Shown: positions 39,190 through 50,399 of the stretch, piece by piece
Layout: every line of letters begins with the position of its first letter
How positions within the stretch are numbered: position 1 is the first letter of the stretch
The notes under the pieces: model-generated
Told to the model about the DNA's origin: nothing
Seen by the model: the letters and a program-made list of their open reading frames with translations, nothing else
The model's database searches: none
Source of the DNA: Obrimoposthia wandeli
Lineage: Eukaryota
DNA length: 64,000 nt
Assembly (NCBI GenBank): GCA_977020255.1
Contig: CDROCS010001087.1
Coordinates: 868,001-932,000 of the forward strand
Direction: 5' to 3'
Made by a program: the position numbers and the translations under genes

Positions 39190-39860
39190 TTTTTAAATAT
39201 GTATTTGGATAGAAAGTTGAGAATGAATTAATACATTTTTAAAGAATGGAATTGATTTTTGACGATTTGACAGGGATTTTGTTGTTGGATTCAGTGTTTC
39301 AGGATTTTCCCGATAAACTATGTTTGGGACATAGCAATCTTGCATTTTTCCAGATTTAGAGTAAGGTTTGCTCGTGATATAGTTCGAAAAACGTTTTCTA
39401 AAGTCTCGGCGTTCATTAATTGAGTTTATGTAAATAAATATATCATGAAGAGAAGCTGAAACATTTGGAATATCATTCAAAAAGTTATCCATCAATCTTT
39501 GATAGGTAGCCGGCGCACTTTTAAACCCAAATGGGGTGATAAAAGCGCTTTTCATTCGATCATTGTCATTTATAGGTTAAATCCAGAGCACTAATAATTG
39601 TAGCTTTTCCAACTGAGTCCAAAACTTAATCAATTTATGGCATTGGATAACTATCAGTGGCAGTGGTTTGATTTAATTTTCGATAATCTTGTACTTAACG
39701 GAGGGATCCATTCTTCTTTGGAACAAATTGAGTTGGGCAAGCATACGGACTGTAAGATTATTCTATAATATCTTCATTGAGTAATAATTTAATCTCTTTT
39801 TTCATAGCGTATCTTAGTGAATGTGCTACCGGATACGGCTTTTGCACTAGGCCAGCTGCA
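39190..39860 (-). pseudogene. Gypsy reverse transcriptase remnant
   Basis: PYACPTQFVPKKNGSLR*VQDYRKLN..DSYPMP and AFITPFG..FKSAPATYQRLMD. Confidence 0.8.
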
Positions 39861-40024
39861 CTAGCAATTTCAGACAAGGATCACTTAGTCAGGTGAGTCT
39901 AGACATTGACTTAAGTGGCTTGGAAAGTTTTTCCATTTCGAGTCGATTAGAGTTGAGTGTTTTTTAATTAAACTCATTCCATTTGCAGAAACAGGCAAGC
40001 AGTGAGAGATTATTCCGTTGCAGT

Positions 40025-42884
40025 TGTTGGGGTTTCTTAATGAAACTGTTTCTAATATAGATCCTCAGACGGAGGGCCCCAACGTGAGTTCTATAGAAGC
40101 AGGACTTGTAGATGTTTGTGGCCTACTTGTGTTATGCTTGCCTATCTCAATTTGTATCTGAAGGTTTACTAAGGTTAGGTGTGGTGAAATGTGTGAAGAG
40201 CTGTGTATGTGGTTACTACAAAGTTTCCTTAGTGTGGTGTTGTATCTAGAGTAGTACACAACTACTCGCTGGTAAGGGTTCGGTTTGGTACAACACGGTT
40301 TACTGTAGGAAATCTTTATTTCTAAACACACAACTTTACGTTAAATACGTTCTAAAAACAACTACACAATTCTAGTTATGTTGCACAATTCTCAAACAAG
40401 TGGGGATAATCCACGTATCGATTTTATTTTAGGGTTGTTTAGTTACTAGAGTCTTTACTCTAAAAATAGGGGTTGATTTTAGAGAGCTGGGTGCTCTAAA
40501 ATAGGAAATGAGTTTATTCACGGTATAAATTTCGGTTTTCTGTTCTCTTTAGTTTTTATCAAAATATTCAGGTTATAATTCACAAAATTTCAATTTATGT
40601 TGACTTCAGTCTTTATCAAAATATTCTGGTTATAATTCACAAAATTTCAATTTATGTTCACTTCAGTCTTTATCAAAATATTCAGGTTATAATTCACAAA
40701 ATTTCAATTTATGTTCACTTCAGTCTTTATCAAAATATTCAGGTTATAATTCACAAAATTTCAATTTATGTTCACTTCAGTCTTTATCAAAATATTCAGG
40801 TTATAATTCACAAAATTTCAATTTATGTTCACTTCAGTCTTTATCAAAATATTCAGGTTATAATTCACAAAATTTCAATTTATGTTCACTTCAGTCTTTA
40901 TCAAAATATTCAGGTTATAATTCACAAAATTTCAATTTATGTTCACTTCAGTCTTTATCAAAATATTCAGGTTATAATTCACAAAATCTCACTTTTCTAC
41001 CTCGTATCCGAATCGGTCTGCTCGTTCTCGTGTCCTTACTTGGTTCCGTACGGCTCGCTCCGAGATCAATCACCTAGGCTCGGTCGGCGGGTTCCTTCTT
41101 TTGTTTCGTCAGTATCTCGAATTGCGCTCCCCGACCTAGCTTCGTTTTAGGTGGCGGTTTGAATTGACGTCTGTGATCCTGCACGTCTGTTTTTAGAGCG
41201 TTCCTTTCCGGCTGTGCGCTTCACTTACTTTTGTCGTCTGATCACGATTGCCAAGATATTCTTTTCCCGAATTTTCAGTCAGACGATTTTGTATCTCAAG
41301 TTTCCAATTTATCACTTAATTTTGATACTGCTGCTGTACTTCTGAATTGGTTTTTGTTAATGCTCGGATTTTATCACGAGTCTTACAATTTATGAATTCT
41401 GAATTTTAGGTCTCCTTTAATTTCTTTTTTGAGCCAACCGATTTGTGCGTTTTTCAATTAAATGTTCTCTCTTTTATATCAGTCGAGTGAGTAATCTTCC
41501 CCGCGACTTTCCTTAATGGGACTAAGTAAATTTACTAGCACTTTAACTAAGTGCACCTACTTTGGGCTGGGTAATTATCGGCTGTCCTGTTCCCAGTCTG
41601 ATGGCTGCTTGTCTCCCACTTGTGGCTAATGGATTAATTCCGCTGCTATCTATAAGGAAGAAAATTAATTTAGCTAAGTGCTAATGTTTCTTACCTTGAT
41701 TTATTTCTTGATTAATCTTCTTTCCTAATTTGATTTCTATTTTTCGTAAATAACTTCTTCTTTTTTGGAGCCTTTTGGTAATATTAAAATCCCTTAAATA
41801 CTCACACACTACACATGACCTTCGTGGTCCTAAATATTTAATTCCCATCTTAATTTTAACAATTTAATTTTATTATAAATTTTATTTTAAATATAACCTT
41901 TCTTTCAAGGATTTTTATTTTAGTATAAAATCAATTAATTATTCAAAATTACTCAAAACCTAATCCTAACACAGTCAGCGTATAAATACAACTACAAATA
42001 GTTGCCAATGCAGAATCGACAGCAAAAAATAAATTGCAGCTCAAACTTGCTCGTCCCGGAGAGATACAGGAACGTGCAAGGAAAAAACGTTGAAACGATA
42101 TAAGAAGTTATCACTCTCGGAACTGCTACCCTCAGCAAACAAACCGAAACGGATCTTGGAACAGGACGAACCGATTGCATTCCCGAGCGACGTAGAGAAA
42201 CTCATACTGCGAACCGAATCTCATCAATAACGACTATGAACGAATCTTGTGAGACTAGAGATTGAGTTAAATTGCGTGAAGAATTTTTATAATTTAAAGT
42301 TATAAAATTATATTTGATAAAAGAGACTGAGTTTAATTGCGTGAAGAATTTTTATAAATAAAGAATTACATTTTAAAATTAATTATTCAATAAAATCGTA
42401 AAAAAGAAGTTAAAAGTTTTCAATTGAGTTGCCCATATTTTATTCATAAAATCTTTAAAAGGAGTTAAAGTCCAAATTGAAAATTGTTAAAACAGATACA
42501 TAAGACATCCCCATTTGTGTGAAGTTTAGTGAAGTAGTTAGGACTAAGTGTTGAAATTTTTAGAAACCTATTTAGAGTGAGTTTAGAAAATAAAGATTTC
42601 CTACATTAGAGAGTGTTGTCTTGAACGAACCCTTGTAATCAGGTCAGAACCAACCCTCCATACATAACACCACACAAAGGGAATTTTCCAGTACCATATA
42701 CACAGCTCTTCACACATTCACAACAACAAACAAAAACAAACCTTCAGATTAAACATTGAGACAGGTAAGCACAATCTAAGTAGGCCACAAACAACTGCAA
42801 GCTCTACTTCTATAGAACTCACGTTGGGGGCCTCCATCCGAGGATCTATCAGAATCCAAAGCATTTCATATAGAAACACCAACA
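40025..42884. mobile_element. ~2.9-kb LTR-like unit with long inverted arms (TGTTGGGG...CACCAACA)
   Basis: Left ~350 bp is a diverged reverse complement of the right ~350 bp; adjacent to an RT remnant; no target-site duplication found. Confidence 0.6.
40549..40987. repeat. 57-bp tandem array, ~7.5 copies
   Basis: Unit tattcaggttataattcacaaaatttcaatttatgttcacttcagtctttatcaaaa; starts at 40565, 40622, 40679 ... 40964. Confidence 0.97.
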
Positions 42885-44267
42885 CTAGCACTTCATTACC
42901 TTTATTAAATGTAGTAGATTTAAACTTTATACCATACCACTTCTTTAATTTTTTTCATCTTTTTCATTCTGAATTTCTGATACTTGTAATTTATCTTTCA
43001 TATCCAGAATATATTCACATAAATTTAATTCTTTTTCATCTATCATGATTTTTTTTTTCAAGACGACCAGGTCAAATTAACTTACAGAAATTCGCCACAA
43101 CTCTACCAATACCATCATTCATGAACGAACCAGCATCAGAATATCAACCAACCGTAGGAATTGTACTGGTTATACAAGTTACGACAACTGAAGCTGGTTA
43201 CCAAATCATTATAAACAGGTGGAGACAAGATGGGATACGTGCTCTATATATAGAGATACCTAGACTAAAAAGAAATCACGTAGTAAACATGCAGCTCCCG
43301 ACCTCAGCGACTGAAAATGTCGACCAGGAATTATACATTATCTGTGACATCAAGGTGGAAACCGATAATCATTCACCATACTACCAACCCATTCTATTGT
43401 ATTACGAGAAGGTTATATGGTTAAAAACTATTTATACAAAGTTTCTAACCTTAAAAAATCAAAGGTCGAAATAAATTTAATATTAAAAAATTTAAAATAA
43501 ACTGAATTAAAATAAATTAGGTCCTTGAAGAGGTCGTAGGAAAATGTTTATATTAAGAACAAACAATGTACAAAAATGGCCCAAGAGAAATAGAATCAAG
43601 AACATATATAAATTTAATTGTAAAAGTAATTAACGAAGAAAAAAGGTGACTCGTGCTGTGCCATAGAGACAGACCAGAATCCATTAGTCCGAGTGTTGGG
43701 GTTTCTATACGAGACTTGTATAGATCCTCTTGTGTGCGGAGGGCCCCAACGTGAGTTCGAATAGAAGCAGGTCTTAAAGTTGGTCGTGGCCTACTTAGTG
43801 CTATGGTTGCCTATCTCTATTACTTATCTGAAGGTGTTTGTTTGACGTCTCTTAATCTGAAGGGCTTAAAACAACGTTTTCTAATGTAGGAAATCGTTTA
43901 TTGGTAACACACTAAACTAACACACAACAATACGTTTACGTACGTATTTTCTAAAAAGTATAGTAAAAATTCTTAAGACTTCTGTAAGTCTCTCCAACAA
44001 GTGGGGATGAACCACGTATCGATTTTACTTTCGGGGTGATCGAGATTTTAGAGTTGTTCCTCTGACTCGAGAATAAGCTTACGTTACAGATTTTTCAACT
44101 CAAATTAACTCTACTGTCGGCTTGAACTTTTGAGGTTAACCCTTTATTCTTATGTCAATAAAGGTGGGAATGTAAAAACTTCTTTTTGAGTTGGGCAATT
44201 TATAACACAACTCTTTTAAAACTTTCTTTCAAATTGGACAAAAACTTTAATCGTGTTGACAACGAGA

Positions 44268-44675
44268 GTTGTTGCGAATTGTCAACTTTGGACAATGTAT
44301 ATGGTTTACGAAAGTTGTTCCGAATTGTCAACTTTGGACAATGTATATGGTTTACGAAAGTTGTTCCGAATTGTCAACTTTGGACAATGTATATGTTTTA
44401 CGGGAGTTGTTCCGAATTGTCAACTTTGGACAATGTATATGGTTTACGGGAGTTGTTCCGAATTGTCAACTTTGGACAATGTATATGGTTTACGGGAGTT
44501 GTTCCGAATTGTCAACTTTGGACAATGTATATGGTTTACGAAAGTTGTTCCGAATTGTCAACTTTGGACAATGTATATGGTTTACGAAAGTTGTTCCGAA
44601 TTGTCAACTTTGGACAATGTATATGGTTTACGAAAGTTGTTCCGAATTGTCAACTTTGGACAATGTATCTGGTTT
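44268..44675. repeat. 46-bp tandem array, ~9 copies
   Basis: Unit gttgttccgaattgtcaactttggacaatgtatatggtttacg(aaa/gga). Confidence 0.97.
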
Positions 44676-44784
44676 AAATTTAGACAACTCGTCTCACCGA
44701 TCTTAATTGGATTTGTTCGAAATCCGCTGTTACTGCTGGGATGAGGTATCGCTCTGTTGCTGGAATCTCTGCTGCTGAGATATC

Positions 44785-45156
44785 GATTGAGAATGAGAAC
44801 TGCTACTGTTGCTTCAGACGTCGATTGCGAATGAGAACTGCTACTGTTGCTTCAGACGTCGATTGAGAATGAGAACTGCTACTGTTGCTTCAGACGTCGA
44901 TTGAGAATGAGAACTGCTACTGTTGCTTCAGACGTCGATTGAGAATGAGAACTGCTACTGTTGCTTCAGACGTCGATTGAGAATGAGAACTAATACTGTT
45001 GCTTCAGACGTCGATTGAGAATGAGAACTGCTACTGTTGCTTCAGACGTCGATTGAGAATGAGAACTGCTACTGTTGCTTCAGACGTCGATTGAGAATGA
45101 GAACTGCTACTGTTGCTTCAGACGTCGATTGAGAATGAGAACTGCTACTGTTGCTG
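44785..45156. repeat. 38-bp tandem array, ~10 copies
   Basis: Unit gattgagaatgagaactgctactgttgcttcagacgtc; starts at 44785 with 38-bp steps to 45127. Confidence 0.97.
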
Positions 45157-48100
45157 TTATCGGGATTGCTGTGACTCTGGTGAACTGAAAAATCAATAAA
45201 CTAAATTTCACCTAGAATCAAATCACCTGCACTGATCGCTCTGCTTTTTTGTTTGGTATACTTCTGTGTGCGATTGGTTTCCACTCTTGTCTATTTGGAA
45301 AATTTGCTGTAGACTTATATAGTCTGTTTTTCTCGATTGCTTTGGTGACGTGGTCTGTCACTCACTTCTCTGGAATATTCAGGAACAGCTGTTGTGACGT
45401 GTCTGCTGACGTCAACGGAATTCTCTGGTTTGTACTTTCTTCTTTTTTGCGAATTGTCAACTTTTCTTTTTTTTTTTCGGCAACTTTGTCTTTTTTGGGC
45501 CCTTTTCTTAAGTCTAACTTCAATATATATTCACACATTTCACACGACCTTCGTGGTCCTCTAACTTTTAATCTTATTTAAATTTAATAATTTTAATTTT
45601 GATTTTTAAAATTTATTAAATTAAATTCTAACCTTGCTTTCAAGGATTTTCATTTCACTATAAAACCAATTTATTATTTTAATTTTTTAATTCCTAAACC
45701 TAACACGAGCAGTACACAGGAGCAGCAGAAGACCGTTTCCACAAAGGTAACAATTATATATAAACCAATAAATTGAGCCATCGACACAGTATTGGAAGGA
45801 GAATCACAAGAAAGAAAATTGAAAAAGACAGTATTCAATTAGAATCGAAAATAAGAATTACAGTAGGATTAGTGCGAAATTTCCAGAGACGGAATGGCAA
45901 AGACGTTGTAAAATTGGTATACAAAGAAATTTGGAACTGCGAATCAGGCAGATTATATTTAAATTTGAACAAGTTATTTGAATTTGAACAAAGTTATTTG
46001 AGTTAGAAGTTTTGGAGTTATTTTGAATTGAAAAGCTATTGAGTAAAATTACATTTTGAATTGAAAAGTTTATTAAGTAAAAATCAGATTTGAATTGAAA
46101 AGTGTATTGAAGTAAATAATTCTTTAATTAAAAGTAAAACCTTAAACTAGTAGAGAATTGATTTACGTTGATGGTAAAAGTATAATTGTAAGAGTGAAAT
46201 TATCATAATATTGTATAAGTGTAGAGATAGTATACTATAGTAAATATTTAGATAGATGGGTAGTAAGGCACAGGGAATAATTTGAGGGGTGATTATAGCA
46301 GGAGGCGTATAAAAATATACGCGTAGAAAATTGTCAACCCTATTGTGTATTTCTGTAGTAATTTTAGGAAGTTCTAAGTGTGCTAAGTTTAATATAATTA
46401 TTCTAGCGAAATCGATAGAATATTCATTCCGAGTTAAATTCCTTGTGAAATTTGTGTGCCTCCTAACATATAGATTTACCGAGGGACAACCCACGAGACA
46501 ATATTTCACGTACTGACAGATTCAGAGGGGTATTGTCTAAGTCGATTGGTTCCGGCTCTGTTTAATTGATATTCAGTCTCGGTATTGCCAGACCCTTCCG
46601 ACATAAAATGCTAACTCAGCTGATAAGTGATCCACCTTACGTACATCACACAACACTAGTTTTGGGGTCCTACTAGCTATTATGTGAACATAAATCTTTG
46701 AACATAAAACAAGACAATAAGACACAAAATCCTTCAGATTTGAGACTAGAATTAAGTAACAAAAGAACAGGTAGGCCACATCCACATGCAAGCCTTATCG
46801 CTACAGAACTCACGTTGGGGACATCCACACAAGTTAGAAAGGTTTCAATTAAAAACCCCAACAATATGGCCGTAGTGGTGAAGAGTAGAATTGATGAGGA
46901 TATTAAGAAGGCAACGAGTAGTGGATAACAACATACTTTTATTGAATTCCTGTTTTAGGATCAATTCCCAATTATTATAAACAATAATATAATAAGGTGA
47001 CAACAAAAATAAACTATAATATAACTCGCATAATAAAACACGCGTACACATACTGCACACATAAAATGTTATAGGGGTCACCACAGTATAATGTAAATTT
47101 GAACTGTCTAAATCCTATTGAATATGGCACGATCAGACAATTATTATGAAGGATTTTACTTGAGGTTTTACCATTATCTAATGAATAAAACTTATTTAAA
47201 ATGGATCATATTTCTCGGAGTATTTCTTATTTATTTTTATCGAACTGGAATAAATTGTTTAATTATACAGTTGATATTCAAATGGAAGAAAGTGAACATA
47301 TTGATTTATTTACCAAACTAGCAGACAATGACAAATGTTCTTTTTATTGAATTCGGTAAAGGAAAAATTCAAAGGAGTCATTTATTTTAGAGTGATTCAA
47401 CGTCTCAAAATAAATTAAGATTTCATCCAGATTGGATTATGAACAGTACCATTTTTTCAAATAAGAAAAATAACACATAGAACAGAAAAGAAAGATGTTT
47501 AATCATATTTTTTTAATTAAGAAAAAACAATATTTGGACAATTATATAATTTCATCGTAAGTTTATAATATTGTTTAGTTTTGTTATTAATTTACAAATA
47601 GTGCATTTTTGCTGTTGCAATCCATGACTGTATGTTGTCTAAAATTGTCGAAATTTATTTCTAAAATTCTTCTTAAGTTATATAAATAAATAGACTAGTC
47701 TCAAAAGAGTTCAAGCTTGATAGTTCCATACAAATGTAGATAAAAAACAGAACTATTTTGTTTTTCTTTAAATTTAAACCCATTTAAAAATAGTTTCATC
47801 AGATTTTTCAGATGTATTTTATTAGAAAATTGAAATAAGTTTTTTTGTTTACGAAATCAAAACCAGACTGAATGAATGGATCATAATATGAATCGTATTG
47901 CCGTAATAATGAGGCGGTTGATAATTTCATTAATACAATACCTTCAAAGTTAATGGCTATGTCCATTGTGATTCCCCTGCTCTAACGTATACCGACAATC
48001 TATACTAAACGAACTATAAACGAGGTTCATAAAAAAATTATTGTAGTCCACAGAGTTTTCAATTACTTTAATTTAAAATGACTAAAGCAGTCGTTAAATC

Positions 48101-48949
48101 ATCAGATTAAAACTCAAATAAACATCAAGATCAATTAAGTTACTAACTTTATTACCTCTCTATTAGGAATTAGAAGGACTGAGTCTAGACCACTTAAGCC
48201 TCCCCCTCCTCCTGTGTGCGTACACAATGTTAAAGGGTGTCACACCATAAGGGTATATGGTGTCTCACTATAAAGGGTCTGGCTCAGAAAGGTTATGAAG
48301 TTTTGAAGGTATGGTCATGACCATATATAGTTGGCCAACACATCTAAAGGGTTGTGATCGTCCATAGATGAAAGAGGTCGGGCTAAAGACAAAATAAGGT
48401 TTAAAATATCAAGGTTTTAGTACATTCTTTGAATCATCTTTAGAAGGCAAATTCATCCATAAAGGTATGATTGACCATAGATGAATAGGTAAAAAAGTTG
48501 AAATTTTAAAGTTTTAAGAACATGGTTTTGTAAAAATTTTATGGTCGTCTACAAGTTAAGGGTCAGATTTAGAACAAACTTGATAATTTTTTACATGGTT
48601 GTATTTATATATAAAAATTGAGTTCAGTTGAGTTAAAGAATCCTGAAGTGTTCAATCAATTACGATATGTGAAAATTAAGGTCAATATATCAATATTATC
48701 AGTTAAGGAATGTATTACGTAATAATATTTAATACGCTATGTGAAAATGAAGGCCAAAGTTTTCCCAGGCTTACGTATATAAAGGATATGGTAAAATTTC
48801 TTTAAATAACTTAAATTATATATATAATAAAAATAAAATATCATTAATAAATATATTTATATACAATTTACATAATCAACACAGAGAAAAATAAAATATA
48901 AAATAAGAAAGAAGTCACAGAATAATACAAAATGAAACACATTTATTAT

Positions 48950-49560
48950 GTAATTTCATTATGTCCATAAGCGCGGCTTCTATTTTTTCTCAATCAAATA
49001 GAGTTTGTCATCTGATGAGCTGAGAGCAGTCTTTTGAGTTATGATTGTGCATAGTTCATGATTTATTGTTCCAAATTTATTTTGTGGTATAGTATATGCA
49101 ATACCGTTTTAATACATGTCTAAATATGTTTGATGTACAACCGTTGATCTCTTAAGATTTACTTATTTTATTTATCTAAATCCATTATTTATACATTCTT
49201 CCTTCCGATTCATTTTTAAATAATCCTTCTTTACTATTAAATTCATTAGAATACAATGATCATTATTCATTATAACTTGACGTATCTAAAGATCCATCTG
49301 CAATCATTTGAGACAACAATTGATTTCTTAAATTAACACCTTTACATTCTAAAAAAGAAAGAAACAGTATCTCCGGCAACCATATTATTTGAACAATTAA
49401 ATAAAATTATCTGTAATTTTGTAAATCTTGATACTGAAGAGTATACATTCGTAATTTACTAAGGTCTAGTACAGCTTGGCCTATATAGTTTGGTCGATCG
49501 AGACAAATAAAGTCTTTTCTAAATAAAACCGCTATTAAATTATAATGAATTTCAATTGTT
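48950..49560 (-). pseudogene. C-terminal remnant of a second, diverged Polinton PolB
   Basis: ICLDRPNYIGQAVLDLSKLRMY..AGDT(V)SF..KTALSSSDDKLYLIEKNRSRAYGH. Confidence 0.8.
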
Positions 49561-49957
49561 CGTTGAAACATAGGTTAGTAGGTGGATGTGTCCGGTCTAA
49601 TCCCCCTGCCCCCGGGGATACCACTGTCCTTTAAAACTGTGCATGTGTGTGGAGTAAAATTTCGTGTATGTGTGTCTCCATTCCACCCAAAGGGGAAGGG
49701 GGGTCCCCAACCACATTTTTTTTAAATTTTACTTTGAAATTTACCTCGAATCTCAAAAGTGGTTAGAGAAGACCACGGGAATCCATATTGGCCCCGGCAG
49801 CTTATCACAGACGAGATTTCAAATAATATGTGAATATATTACTACTATTTTTAAGAAAGATTTTATATTTAGGTCAGATTTATAAGAGAAAAATTAGATT
49901 TATATAATTTAGAGGAGAAAAACAAAATACGAGTCAAAATTATATTCAAAACATTTA

Positions 49958-50370
49958 TTAAACATAAAACATCATATTGGCTTCACTCAAAGTCCAAAGA
50001 GGCCGCATTTTCCCGTCATCAGCAAAATATCCATTGAGACGTATTGATATATTCCATAGTTCTTCATCTAGAATTGGAGCAATCAAATATCCTAGGTCAT
50101 CTTTAAAATCCAGACTGTGATCAGTTTCAAGCTGGAAAGAATTTCCTTCATATACATAATCAGGAATGTAAAATCCCAAAATATTTGTCAATTGATCAAT
50201 ATCAGATGTTGTTTAAATTTCGATGAGATATTTATTCTCCACTTTTGATATTTTTACAGGATTCGTATAATTTGATGCCTCTTTAATATATTACATAGTT
50301 TTCCTTTTGAATTTCTTTCTGGATAATAAAAATGTGCTACACATCTCTTATCCATTCTAAAATAAGGAAA
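49958..50370 (-). pseudogene. Terminal Polinton ORF (homolog of 6269-6680)
   Basis: ILGFYIPDYVYEGNSFQLETD..WNISIRLNGYFADDGK. Confidence 0.55.
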
Positions 50371-50399
50371 CTGATTAAAAAACAATGTTTATGCATATA

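Larger units (their letters stand above)
43694..46863. mobile_element. ~3.2-kb LTR-like unit with inverted arms (TGTTGGGG...CCCCAACA)
   Basis: Same layout as 40025-42884, including caagtgggga..ccacgtatcgatttta and gaccttcgtggtcc motifs. Confidence 0.6.

Noticed and set aside
41811-41830. GACCACGAAGG (minus strand; also ~45545) matching a tRNA-Arg PBS
   Set aside because: Lacks the leading TGG and is internal; better explained as a small conserved GACC/GGTC hairpin.
43121-43474. 117-aa ORF between the LTR-like units as a gag/pol remnant
   Set aside because: No retroelement motif recognised, and its 3' part runs into AT-rich LTR-like sequence.
44186-44744. Three overlapping 145-163 aa ORFs
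   Set aside because: Artefacts of a stop-free 46-bp tandem array.
44268-45156. CRISPR-like appearance of the arrays
   Set aside because: Head-to-tail identical units with no unique spacers, in eukaryotic DNA with no cas genes.
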